Source: an uncultured Phycisphaerales bacterium (GTDB lineage Bacteria; Planctomycetota; B15-G4; CAYZWU01). From it: a stretch of DNA of 64,000 bases. The notes under the pieces were generated by a model that searched no databases, had not been told where the DNA came from, and saw nothing but the letters and a program-made list of their open reading frames with translations. Location of the stretch: NCBI GenBank assembly GCA_964542475.1, contig CAZIUL010000003.1, forward strand, positions 19,826 through 83,825. The letters are read 5' to 3'. Shown here in pieces: positions 7,335 to 16,195 of this stretch; the stretch's first letter is position 1; every line of letters starts with the position of its first letter. The position numbers and the translations under genes are program-made.

Positions 7335-8868
7335 CCGTAAAAACGACCGCGAAATCGATCACAAGGTTTACCTCGTGGGCGCGGGCCCGGGCGACCCGGG
7401 GCTCATCACCGTAAAGGGGCTGGCGCTCCTGAAAAGGGCTGATGCTGTTGTGTACGATTTTCTCGCGAACAAGCAGCTCCTTGTCCACGCCCGGGAAAGC
7501 GCGGAAAAGGTGTGTGCCGGCAAAAGCGCGGGCAGGCACACCATGCCACAGGACGAGATAAACCGGCTTCTCGTCAAGCTCTGGCGCGAAGGCAAAACTG
7601 TCGTGCGCCTCAAGGGGGGCGACCCTTTCGTTTTCGGCCGGGGCGGGGAGGAGGCGCTCGCTCTTTCTGAATCGGGCGTGCCGTTCGAAGTCGTTCCCGG
7701 CATAACAGCCGGGCTCGCAGGGCTTGCTTACGCGGGGATCCCCCCGACACACCGCGGGCTCGCGGTGAGCACAACCCTTGTCACCGGCCACGAAGACCCG
7801 GCCAAGGAAGGCTCACACCTCGATCTCGAGGCCCTTGCCGCGTGCAAGGGCACGCTGGTCTTTTACATGGGTGTGCGAACCCTTCCGGCCACGGTGAAAG
7901 GGCTCGTTAAAGGAGGCCTTCCGCCCGGAACCCCTGCCGCCCTGGTGTACATGGCATCCACGCCCGAGCAGAAGGTCGTGTCATCCACCCTCGACAAAAT
8001 CGAAGCCGAATCAAAAAAAGCCGGCATCAAACCCCCGGCCCTTTTTGTTGTCGGGCGCGTTGCCGAGCTTCGGCCGCGGCTGAACTGGTTCGAGGATCTC
8101 CCGCTGTTCGGAAAACGGATAGTGATCACTCGCCCGCGCGAGCAGAGCTCGAGACAGCGGCTGTCACTGGAGAAACTCGGGGCCCATGTGGTGGATCACG
8201 CCTCGATCTCGATCCTGCCTCCCGAGGATTACTCTCCTCTCGACCGCGCGATCGATAACATAGAGGAGTATTTCTTCCTCATCTTCACCTCGCACAACGG
8301 GGTGAGGTTCTTTTTCGAGCGGCTGCGCACGCTCGGGCACGACGCGAGAAAACTCGCAAAAAACCGGATCTGCGTGATCGGGCCCGGAACCGGAAAAGCG
8401 CTCGAAAGACACGGCCTTCGCGCGGACCTGATGCCGGGCAGCTACACATCAGAAGAGCTGGTGCCCGCGATCGAACAGAAATGGAGTTGCTTGAACGGCA
8501 AAAAAGCCCTTCTTCCGCGGGCTGACATCGCGCCGGACCACATCCTGAAAAAACTCGTGAAGGCAGGGGTTTCCGCGGAATCCGTGATTGCATACCGCAC
8601 GGTCCCGGCATCGCAAGACAGCGAGGAGCTGAAAGGCATGATAAAGGCGGGCGGGATCCACGCGGCAACCTTTGCCAGCTCCTCGGCAGCCAGGAGCTTC
8701 GTGAACATGCTCGGTAAAGGCTTTCTTTCCGAATCAAAAGGAAAGATGGCTTTCGTGAGCATCGGACCTGTCACCACCAAGACCCTGAATGAGCTAGGAT
8801 TCCCGCCGGATGCCCAGGCGAGCGAACACACCATCGAGGGCCTGACCAGTGCCGTGGCAGGGTTATGA
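7324..8868 (+). CDS. cobA/hemD: Bifunctional uroporphyrinogen-III C-methyltransferase / uroporphyrinogen-III synthase (CobA-HemD fusion)
   Basis: VYLVGAGPGDPGLITVKGLALLKRADAVVYD is the CobA/SUMT signature, and the C-terminal half is HemD-like. The start at MADNRKN (7324) overlaps the hemC stop by 11 bp; the ORF-track start at 7291 is probably an over-extension. Confidence 0.85.
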   Translation: MADNRKNDREIDHKVYLVGAGPGDPGLITVKGLALLKRADAVVYDFLANKQLLVHARESAEKVCAGKSAGRHTMPQDEINRLLVKLWREGKTVVRLKGGDPFVFGRGGEEALALSESGVPFEVVPGITAGLAGLAYAGIPPTHRGLAVSTTLVTGHEDPAKEGSHLDLEALAACKGTLVFYMGVRTLPATVKGLVKGGLPPGTPAALVYMASTPEQKVVSSTLDKIEAESKKAGIKPPALFVVGRVAELRPRLNWFEDLPLFGKRIVITRPREQSSRQRLSLEKLGAHVVDHASISILPPEDYSPLDRAIDNIEEYFFLIFTSHNGVRFFFERLRTLGHDARKLAKNRICVIGPGTGKALERHGLRADLMPGSYTSEELVPAIEQKWSCLNGKKALLPRADIAPDHILKKLVKAGVSAESVIAYRTVPASQDSEELKGMIKAGGIHAATFASSSAARSFVNMLGKGFLSESKGKMAFVSIGPVTTKTLNELGFPPDAQASEHTIEGLTSAVAGL

Positions 8869-8884
8869 GGCTTTGAGCCACAGA

Positions 8885-8929
8885 AGGAGGAAGAAAGAAA
8901 GAGAACCACGGATGGACACGGATCTTTTT
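8885..8929 (-). repeat. Repeat family A, copy 2 (inverted orientation): two phased ATCCGT repeats plus a polypyrimidine tract
   Basis: The reverse complement reads aaaaagATCCGTgtccATCCGTggttctctttctttcttcctcc. It lies between the cobA/hemD stop and the phoD-like start. Its translation creates the artefactual RVHPWFSF peptides in the ORF track. Confidence 0.7.
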
Positions 8930-8986
8930 TACAGCGGCGGAGAAAGGCGAGGTAAACCAATAACAATTAACAAAGGGATTCATCCC

Positions 8987-11605
8987 ATGAAAAACAGGTC
9001 ATTAAAACGCTTCAACCCTTTGATTTACATGATCGCGGTTGCTTTCGCTCTTTCCTCCAATGCAGGAGCGGATGAGTTCAAAAGCGAATGGCCGGATGGA
9101 ATCGAGCGCGTCTGGGCCGGCCCTGAATACTGGGCGAACCGCCTCCAGGACTGGAGGGTGCGGGAGGGGAGGCTGGAAAACGTTTTCCAGGGCAAGAACC
9201 GGAATGTCCACCTTCTCACGCACCAGGTAAACGGTTCCGCGGGTGGTTTTTCCATTCGTGTGCGCCTCGGGCTCGTTCCCGGGGAGCGCGGATCAGCCCC
9301 TGCCCAGGGATGGGCCGGTTTTCTCGTGGGCGCCAAGGGCGAGTTCAACGACTACCGGGACAGCGCCGTTCACGGAAAGGGGTTGAGCGCGGGTGTCTCG
9401 TGTTCGGGAGAGCTTTTCATCGGCCAGTGGAAGGCTGTGGAAGCCAAAGCCCAAGAGCCGTGTTCCCGGCTGAGAACCGGAATCGAGCTCCTCTTCACGG
9501 CAAACCCGGAAGGGGAGAATTTCATTGTCGGGCTCACAGCATACGATCCCCGGACCGGATCCATGCTCAGCCACATCTGCAAAAGGAACCTGCCGCAGGA
9601 TGAGCTCAGCGGCAACCTGGCGCTTGTCAGCCATTTCAAAAACAAGAGCTCTTCTTCGGAAGACAAGGTCTGCGCCTGGTTCTCGGGCTGGACCGCTCAA
9701 GGGCCCGGCATTGAAGCCCGCCCGGACCGGGCTTTCGGCCCGGTGTTGTTCGCGCAGCACACGCTCAGCAGGGGGATCTTGAAGATGACGGCGCAGATGC
9801 CTCCCCTTTGCGACAAGGACGGAAGAGTGGTCAGCCTGCAGGTGAAAGGCGCGTCCAGCACCATCTGGAAAACGGTGTCCGAGGCAGCCATCGAACCGTT
9901 TTCGTGCACGGCAGCCCTGCGCGTTGAAAACTGGGATTCGTCAAGGGATGTGCCGTTCCGCGTCGAGCACGAGCTCTTCTCAGCGGGCGGTGTGCTGAAA
10001 AAGCACTACTGGCACGGAACAGTGCGCGCGGAGCCGTGGGAAAAGGATGTGATCGTTCTTGCCGCTTTCACCGGGAACAACGACCTCGGCTTTCCCAACA
10101 ACGACCTGGTCGCCCACGTGAAATCACACGATCCGGACCTTCTGTTCTTTTCGGGCGACCAGATCTACGAGGGCGTGGGGGGTTACGGAGCGCAGAGGGA
10201 ACCGGTTCACAAGGCTCGGCTGGACTACCTCAGGAAGTGGTACCTTTACGGCTGGGCGTACGGCGGCCTCCTGCGGGAGCGGCCTAGTGTGAGCATTCCC
10301 GACGATCACGATGTGTACCACGGCAACATCTGGGGAGCGGGCGGCAAGGCGACCGCAAAGGAAGGAAGCGGCAGCGTAAGGCAGGACAGCGGCGGATACA
10401 AGATGCCTCCCGAATGGGTCAACATGGTGGAGCGAACCCAGACCAGCCACCTGCCCGATCCTTTCGATCCCACGCCCGTGAAGCAGGGAATCGGCGTCTA
10501 CTACTGCGAGATGAACTACGCCGGCATCAGCTTTGCAATCATCGAGGACAGGAAGTTCAAGTCCGCGCCGAAAGCCCTCATCCCAAAGGCCGAGGTATGG
10601 AACGGGTGGCCTCAGAACAAGGAGTTCGCGGCCGCTGAGGAGGGTGATGTTCCGGAAGCGGATCTTCTCGGCGAGAGGCAGCTTCTCTTTTTGCGTGACT
10701 GGGCAGCCGATTGGAGCGGCAAGGCATGGATGAAGGCGGTGCTTTCGCAGACGGTCTTCACCAACATCGCGACCATTCCAAAGGAGGCGACAAGCGGCGC
10801 GGTGATCCCGGGGCTGCCCATTCTCGAGCCGGGTGTATATGTGGAAGGCGACAAGATGGCCGCGGACATGGATTCGAACGGGTGGCCGCAGTCCGGCAGA
10901 AGGCGCGCGCTGCACGAGATCAGGCGCGGATTCGCGCTGCACATCGCAGGGGATCAGCATCTCGGAAGCACTGTCCAGTACGGCGTGGACGAGTTCAACG
11001 ACGCGGCGTTCGCCATCTGCGTGCCGTCCATCTCGAACGTCTGGCCGCGGCGGTGGTTCCCGCCGGAGCCGGGCCGAAACCGCAGGCCGGGCTCCCCCGA
11101 ATACACCGGCGAGCTCAAGGACGGTTTCGGAAACCTGATGACCGTCCATGCCGTGTCCAACCCGCACAAGACCGGAAAAAAACCCTCACGGCTGTACGAC
11201 CGCGCAACCGGGTACGGCATCGTGCGGTTCAGGCGAAAGGACCGGGATGTCATCTTCGAGAACTGGCCGAGGTGGACCGATCCTGCGGCAAAAGGCGCGA
11301 AACCGTACCCCGGGTGGCCGGTGCGGTTCAACCAACTCGACAACTACGGCAAGACAGCCGCGGGCCTGCTTCCGCGGATCGAGGTGTCCGGATTGAAAGA
11401 CCCTGTGGTGCAGGTCATTCGCGAACACGATGAAGAAACGGTCTACACCATTCGCATAAACGGAACATCTTTCAGCCCGATGGTGTTCGAGGAGGGCAGC
11501 CACACCGTGCTGGTCGGCGACCCGGACACAAGGCAGATGAAGAGAATACCGGGGCTCGCGCCCGTGCCGCAACGCAATGAGCAGAAGGTCAAGGTCTCGT
11601 TCTGA
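8987..11605 (+). CDS. Secreted PhoD-like phosphodiesterase/alkaline phosphatase with a ~390-aa N-terminal extension
   Basis: A signal peptide (MKNRSLKRFNPLIYMIAVAFALSSNAGA) is present. The PhoD-type metallophosphatase motifs DLLFFSGDQIYE and IPDDHDVYHGN lie in the C-terminal half. The ORF-track start at 8849 runs through a repeat element, so I chose the 8987 ATG. Confidence 0.7.
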   Translation: MKNRSLKRFNPLIYMIAVAFALSSNAGADEFKSEWPDGIERVWAGPEYWANRLQDWRVREGRLENVFQGKNRNVHLLTHQVNGSAGGFSIRVRLGLVPGERGSAPAQGWAGFLVGAKGEFNDYRDSAVHGKGLSAGVSCSGELFIGQWKAVEAKAQEPCSRLRTGIELLFTANPEGENFIVGLTAYDPRTGSMLSHICKRNLPQDELSGNLALVSHFKNKSSSSEDKVCAWFSGWTAQGPGIEARPDRAFGPVLFAQHTLSRGILKMTAQMPPLCDKDGRVVSLQVKGASSTIWKTVSEAAIEPFSCTAALRVENWDSSRDVPFRVEHELFSAGGVLKKHYWHGTVRAEPWEKDVIVLAAFTGNNDLGFPNNDLVAHVKSHDPDLLFFSGDQIYEGVGGYGAQREPVHKARLDYLRKWYLYGWAYGGLLRERPSVSIPDDHDVYHGNIWGAGGKATAKEGSGSVRQDSGGYKMPPEWVNMVERTQTSHLPDPFDPTPVKQGIGVYYCEMNYAGISFAIIEDRKFKSAPKALIPKAEVWNGWPQNKEFAAAEEGDVPEADLLGERQLLFLRDWAADWSGKAWMKAVLSQTVFTNIATIPKEATSGAVIPGLPILEPGVYVEGDKMAADMDSNGWPQSGRRRALHEIRRGFALHIAGDQHLGSTVQYGVDEFNDAAFAICVPSISNVWPRRWFPPEPGRNRRPGSPEYTGELKDGFGNLMTVHAVSNPHKTGKKPSRLYDRATGYGIVRFRRKDRDVIFENWPRWTDPAAKGAKPYPGWPVRFNQLDNYGKTAAGLLPRIEVSGLKDPVVQVIREHDEETVYTIRINGTSFSPMVFEEGSHTVLVGDPDTRQMKRIPGLAPVPQRNEQKVKVSF

Positions 11606-11640
11606 TTCCATCCGTGTTCATCCGTGGTTCCTTTTCCGTC
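11606..11640 (+). repeat. Repeat family A, copy 3: two phased ATCCGT repeats
   Basis: The sequence is ccATCCGTgttcATCCGTggttcc, immediately after the phoD-like stop and between convergent genes. Confidence 0.6.
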
Positions 11641-11641
11641 T

Positions 11642-13486
11642 TCAATTCGTTCTGACTTCCAGAATGAACCGCTCGGGATTGTCCGCAACGCTGATCAGCT
11701 TGAATGCAACCGTGATCTCATCGTTTAGCTGTCTCGAGTATTCATGGAGAACGGCGCTCTCCCCGGTATTCCCGAAAAACGATTGCGCCCCCGAAGAGTA
11801 GCTCCGGCCGTTTTGCCTGATGCCCACCTCGGTGCGCTCGAACATGTACCTTCCGTCTCCTGCCGCCCCGGATATGTCAGGAGTCACCCGCAGGCACTCT
11901 ACCTTGAGGTCTCCGTTTTTACCTTTGGCGAAAAAACACACCTGTTCGTTCAGGCGGATCTCCATCTTCTCCGTCTTTGCTCCCGGCGTGAGCTCGGCAA
12001 TGCCCATCTCCTCGAAAAGGCCGGGCAGCTCCTCCACGGGCGGATCCGCAAGGCTTTCGTCACCCAGCTTCTTTGCCAGCTCCCGGATTTTTTTCTGGAG
12101 CTCCTGGTACTCCTTTAAAGTATAAAGCAGAGCCGCGGCTCTGGTCAGGGCCTTGCCTGCCTTCAGATCGTCCTTGAGCTGTTTGTGATAGTAATCGGCC
12201 AGGGCCAGCAGCAGTGCGGGATCGTCCGGAGGATTCTCTTCGATCAGCTTCATCACCCTTTCTTTTTGGCTTGTGGTCATGTTGTTGAAGAAAACGATCA
12301 GCTCCTTTGCCCGGGCTCCGGACTCGAAAAAACGTTCAATGGCCTCCACGATCTCGTCGCGCGAAAAGCTGTGGCAATAGACCATGCAGTAATCCGATGC
12401 GCCTTTTTCGGGCTGCTCTGTTGACTCCATTCCATTCACTATCTGATCTATGTCTATCTTGAAGGACCGGGGCGGATCAGGCCTCTTGTAGATGTACAGC
12501 TCCCGATTGCCCGAGGACATTTGAAAGACGCGCTTTTTGTCCACGCTCTGGTCCTGCCATCCCTTTTTTACGAGCTCTTTCTCGATTTCCGCGAACAGCT
12601 CCACAGGATCGCGGGACTCCTGAAACCTCCAGATCGCACGGTTGTGCGCGAACAGGCCCGCGCCCGATCCGACCGGTTCGATCCCTTCAATCCCGGCCCC
12701 GGCAAACGGAAGGTCCGCGTGCTCTGCGGCCTCTCCGAAAAAACAGGCCGGAAGATCCGGGAGCGTTCCAAGATTCCGGCTCCACTCTTTTGTCTTTTCT
12801 TCCAGGCTGCCCCACAACGAACCGGTAATGGATTCGGCTGCCGGTTTGTATTTAGCACCTGCTGAAAGCAGGCCTATGTACGTTCCATCGTGGTCGACAA
12901 CGGCTGTCATGTGCACATTTGCAACCGGCGGTGAGGACGGCGAAACTCTCACATACGCGGAATCCCACGGCGCGGGCCCGGCATCGAGACTGACCTGTGC
13001 CTCGAGCTTGAACCCCCCGGGCAAGCGGAACTCCTCGATGTCGAGGAGATCCAGCGTAATGACAAGCTCCGGCATGAGCTCGCAGGTCTCGGGAACCTGG
13101 CCGTACGGGACATAAACCGCCTCATCCACGAAAGGAAGCCCTGCAACCTTTTGGAGGACCATCCGCCCGATCTTCCGGACAAGGCAATGATCGGATGCGC
13201 TCATCACCCAGACACGCCGGGCCGCAAAACAGCCCCACTGCCCGCGGCTCGTTGTGTGGCTTGTTGACGAAAGAGAGTTGACAGCAGAGCTCACAACAGC
13301 ATGAAGGTTAAAACCGGAGCCTTCCTCGCCAAGCGCAACTTTCATCCGGCCCTCTTCATCACGTTTCATTTTCAACATGGAATCAACAGAAGATCCCATG
13401 GGCATGTAGGTAATGAAAACCAACAATCCAAGAAGCCCCAAGAGGATAAATAACAGTTTCCTGAACACGCTTTTCTTTTTTTTCAT
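11642..13486 (-). CDS. Hypothetical signal-anchored/secreted protein (614 aa)
   Basis: It has an N-terminal hydrophobic segment (LLFILLGLLGLLVFI) and no recognisable catalytic motif. Confidence 0.45.
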   Translation of the reverse strand: MKKKKSVFRKLLFILLGLLGLLVFITYMPMGSSVDSMLKMKRDEEGRMKVALGEEGSGFNLHAVVSSAVNSLSSTSHTTSRGQWGCFAARRVWVMSASDHCLVRKIGRMVLQKVAGLPFVDEAVYVPYGQVPETCELMPELVITLDLLDIEEFRLPGGFKLEAQVSLDAGPAPWDSAYVRVSPSSPPVANVHMTAVVDHDGTYIGLLSAGAKYKPAAESITGSLWGSLEEKTKEWSRNLGTLPDLPACFFGEAAEHADLPFAGAGIEGIEPVGSGAGLFAHNRAIWRFQESRDPVELFAEIEKELVKKGWQDQSVDKKRVFQMSSGNRELYIYKRPDPPRSFKIDIDQIVNGMESTEQPEKGASDYCMVYCHSFSRDEIVEAIERFFESGARAKELIVFFNNMTTSQKERVMKLIEENPPDDPALLLALADYYHKQLKDDLKAGKALTRAAALLYTLKEYQELQKKIRELAKKLGDESLADPPVEELPGLFEEMGIAELTPGAKTEKMEIRLNEQVCFFAKGKNGDLKVECLRVTPDISGAAGDGRYMFERTEVGIRQNGRSYSSGAQSFFGNTGESAVLHEYSRQLNDEITVAFKLISVADNPERFILEVRTN

Positions 13487-13652
13487 CTATCTCTCCGCAA
13501 TCATCTCTTGTTTGCGCGAATTAATCGGAAAACAAATACCAGTTCATTGTACAGATCTTCAAGACAAACAGGTTCAAAAAATCGGCTGGAGGCGGAGGAA
13601 GAAAAGGGGGGACGGTTTCCACGCCGTCCTCATTCGGTGTAGGTTCGTTTGC

Positions 13653-13728
13653 GGCGCCGACAAAGCGGCGCCCTCCATGCCGCCTCTTCTCTTCCGGTCG
13701 GGAAGAAATCCGACCCTCCATACCGTCC
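13653..13728 (+). repeat. Repeat family C: tandem hairpin-CTCCAT modules (GGCGCCGacaaagCGGCGCC-CTCCATG ... GGTCGGgaagaaatCCGACC-CTCCATA)
   Basis: Read directly from the sequence, in a divergent intergenic region. It is near-identical to 23558-23600 and related to 36693-36770. Confidence 0.6.
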
Positions 13729-13805
13729 TTTTCAGGTCACTCCTTTTTTGAGATAAGTTCCGCAACCGCGTGATTTACGTTCGATGAATATAAGGACCGA
13801 CCCGC

Positions 13806-15128
13806 TTGACGCCGGAAGGCTTTTACCTCCGGTCTGTGCGGTCTTTACGATACGTATTCAAAAGAAGCGAGGAAACCATGCTTGTAGAGAGGGAGCGCAT
13901 TCTTTCGTGGCTCAAGGGGCTCAAGCTCCCTGATTCTTCGGCAGGAACATACCGCCACAGCGCGTCATCCGACGCCACTGCTTTCAGCAGCTGTTTCGCT
14001 GTCTATATCATGGCCATGCTCGATGCCCTGGACGAACTTCCCGAAAAGGAACGTAAGTCCTGGTCCGACAGGTTAATAAGCCTTCAAAACCCTCAAACAG
14101 GCCTTTTTCGCGCCGATGACCTTCCGGCAGATTCAAACTCCGGAGGCCACGATGAAACATATGTCTCGTGGCAGCTCACAACCTTCTGCCTGTCAGCGCT
14201 GGCTGAGCTGGATCGAGCAATGCCGCGGCGAATCGCCCGGCTAAGCCGCTGGCATGACCGGGCTCGGGTTCGCGCCTGGCTGGAAAGCCTCAATTGGGAA
14301 GACCCGTGGTGCGCGGGAAACATGGTCATGTTCCTCTGCATCATGCTTTTGTGGGACGCGGAGCGGTTAGGCGAAGAAGCGTCCGGAAAAGCAGTGGATC
14401 ACATCCTTGACTGGCATGACGAGTTTCAGAGGCCGGACAGCGGTTTCTGGGGAAAGGGAACGCGTTCGGACTACATCGAAGGCATGGGCGGGGCGCTTCA
14501 TCAGTTTTTGATCTATTCTTTTGTGGGCAGGCCGATACCCCGGCACAAAAAAATCATCGACCGTATGCTTCAGCTCCAGCAGCGTGACGGCTTGTTCTAT
14601 CCCGGCATGGGCGGAGACGGCTGCCTGGATTACGACGCGGTAAATATCCTGGCCATGCTCCTTCACCAAAGCGACTATCGCCAAGGGGAGATCAAGGCAA
14701 CGCTGGAGAGGTCGCTCGAAGGAATGAAGAGCGTTGCCTGCCCACAGGGCGGCTTTGTATGGAACACGCCTGAAAGCTTTCGCTGGTACGACTGGGCAGG
14801 GCATGCTTTCTCCTTCCTGCGCCACCAAAGCCTGTATCACCTGTACTATAGCAGCCGCAGCCTTCTCTCGGCGCGCCTGCACAGGGGACGCCCAAGGATG
14901 CCCCGAGGATGGACCCGCACGGGCATCCCAGCCCAAGAGCCGGATCTTTTCGCGACCTTCATGCGCATGCAAGCGGCCTTTTTATCCCTGGAGGTTGTGG
15001 ACAACCATCATCCGGATCCGGTCGGCAGCTTCTTGAGAGCGCCCGGCCTTGGATGGCATTTTTCATCACCGCCGTTGAACACCACCGCACAGAAGGAGGA
15101 AGCTCTTGTTAGAGCAGGCCGTACGTGA
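13806..15128 (+). CDS. Prenyltransferase/squalene-oxidase-repeat (alpha/alpha-toroid) family protein
   Basis: Repeated Q-x-x-(D/G)-G-x-(F/W)-like motifs are present (LQNPQTGLF, QRPDSGFWG, LQQRDGLFYPGMGGDG, CPQGGFVWN). The true start may be the internal Met at ~13878. Confidence 0.4.
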   Translation: MTPEGFYLRSVRSLRYVFKRSEETMLVERERILSWLKGLKLPDSSAGTYRHSASSDATAFSSCFAVYIMAMLDALDELPEKERKSWSDRLISLQNPQTGLFRADDLPADSNSGGHDETYVSWQLTTFCLSALAELDRAMPRRIARLSRWHDRARVRAWLESLNWEDPWCAGNMVMFLCIMLLWDAERLGEEASGKAVDHILDWHDEFQRPDSGFWGKGTRSDYIEGMGGALHQFLIYSFVGRPIPRHKKIIDRMLQLQQRDGLFYPGMGGDGCLDYDAVNILAMLLHQSDYRQGEIKATLERSLEGMKSVACPQGGFVWNTPESFRWYDWAGHAFSFLRHQSLYHLYYSSRSLLSARLHRGRPRMPRGWTRTGIPAQEPDLFATFMRMQAAFLSLEVVDNHHPDPVGSFLRAPGLGWHFSSPPLNTTAQKEEALVRAGRT

Positions 15129-16194
15129 AACACAAAACGGTTGCGATCAAGCCGGTCTTTACGCATGCCCGGATTGCGGGGGAAGCCTGGACAGCCGGGA
15201 GCGAAACTTGCGCTGCCAAGGCTGCCAGGCGGAATGGCGGGTCAACATCAATAACATCCCCTCATTTACGCGGCATGCCCTTTCGTGGACCCCCATGGAA
15301 CAGGAAACCCTGCGGCGCATCGTGGAGGCGGCTGAAAAAGGGCAGGACTGGAAAGACGCGGTGTCAGAGCACGGCAGGGAGATATCCGGCTACACGAAAC
15401 GATACATCTTGGAAGAAGACAGGGCGGACTGGCTCTTTCTGCTGCCTGTGCGGCGCAGCTGGCGGGTGCTGGACGTGGGCAGCGGGTGGGGAAGCGTGTC
15501 CATTCCGGTCAGCCGCTGGGTAGGCGAAATCTTTTGCGCCGATGCCACCGAAATCAACTGCAGGTTCCTCAAGGCCCGGGCCGAACAGGAAGGCATCGAT
15601 AACCTCCATGTCTTCAACGCCAACCCATTGGATTTCCCCGCCTATCCCTTCCCGAACGGCTCTTTCGACCTGATCGTGCTGAACGGCGTCCTGGAGTGGA
15701 CAGGCAACGCGGACCGGGACACGCCTGTTTACGACCTTCAGGTCAATGCGCTGGCCGCGCTTAAGAAGCTGCTTGCGCCGGGCGGCTGCCTGTATATCGG
15801 CATCGAGAACCGGTTCGCCTACGGAGCGCTGCTGGGCCGGGCCATGCACCACGAGCTCCCCTTCACCGGGCTCATGCCCCGGCCCCTGGCAAACGCGTGG
15901 ATGAAGCTTTTCAAAAGGAGGCCCCACCGCACCTATATCCACGGCATGAAAGGGTACAGAAAGCTTCTCGCAAAAGCCGGGCTTGGAAACGTCGAGTTTT
16001 ACCTGCCGCGCACGAGCTACAGGGACCCATACTGGCTCATCCCCGGGGACACGGACCAGGGCGTGAAGATCTGGGCATCGAGGCTTGCCAAGCCCCGGAC
16101 CGTTACCCGCCGCCTGATACGCTGGTGGGCCGAGAGGCTCCCCATCCGGGGAATCTGGCCGTGTTATTCCATGGTCTGCAGGAAGGAGGGCTGA
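15106..16194 (+). CDS. Class I SAM-dependent methyltransferase with an N-terminal zinc-ribbon
   Basis: VLDVGSGWG is the SAM motif I, with an acidic motif II (DLIVLNGVLEW). The N-terminus has CPDCGG...CQGC. Confidence 0.6.
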   Translation: MLEQAVRETQNGCDQAGLYACPDCGGSLDSRERNLRCQGCQAEWRVNINNIPSFTRHALSWTPMEQETLRRIVEAAEKGQDWKDAVSEHGREISGYTKRYILEEDRADWLFLLPVRRSWRVLDVGSGWGSVSIPVSRWVGEIFCADATEINCRFLKARAEQEGIDNLHVFNANPLDFPAYPFPNGSFDLIVLNGVLEWTGNADRDTPVYDLQVNALAALKKLLAPGGCLYIGIENRFAYGALLGRAMHHELPFTGLMPRPLANAWMKLFKRRPHRTYIHGMKGYRKLLAKAGLGNVEFYLPRTSYRDPYWLIPGDTDQGVKIWASRLAKPRTVTRRLIRWWAERLPIRGIWPCYSMVCRKEG

Positions 16195-16195
16195 C

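Noticed and set aside
5551-7791. Minus-strand ORFs 5551-6243, 5694-6464, 6344-7207, 6549-7148 and 7135-7791
   Set aside because: They are antisense to sirC, hemC and cobA, which carry unambiguous enzyme signatures. The translations are Arg/Pro/Ala-rich, which is typical of GC-rich noise.
8849-8986. N-terminal 46-codon extension of the PhoD-like ORF in the track
   Set aside because: The extension crosses the family A repeat and precedes a good signal-peptide Met at 8987. The upstream start is unlikely.
10124-11167. 347-aa minus-strand ORF inside the phoD-like gene
   Set aside because: It is antisense to a CDS with clear PhoD motifs and has no motif of its own.
5544-11801. Small ORFs sharing the peptide RVHPWFSF (5544-5795, 8771-8983, 11577-11801)
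   Set aside because: They are translations of the repeat family A DNA element, not a protein family.
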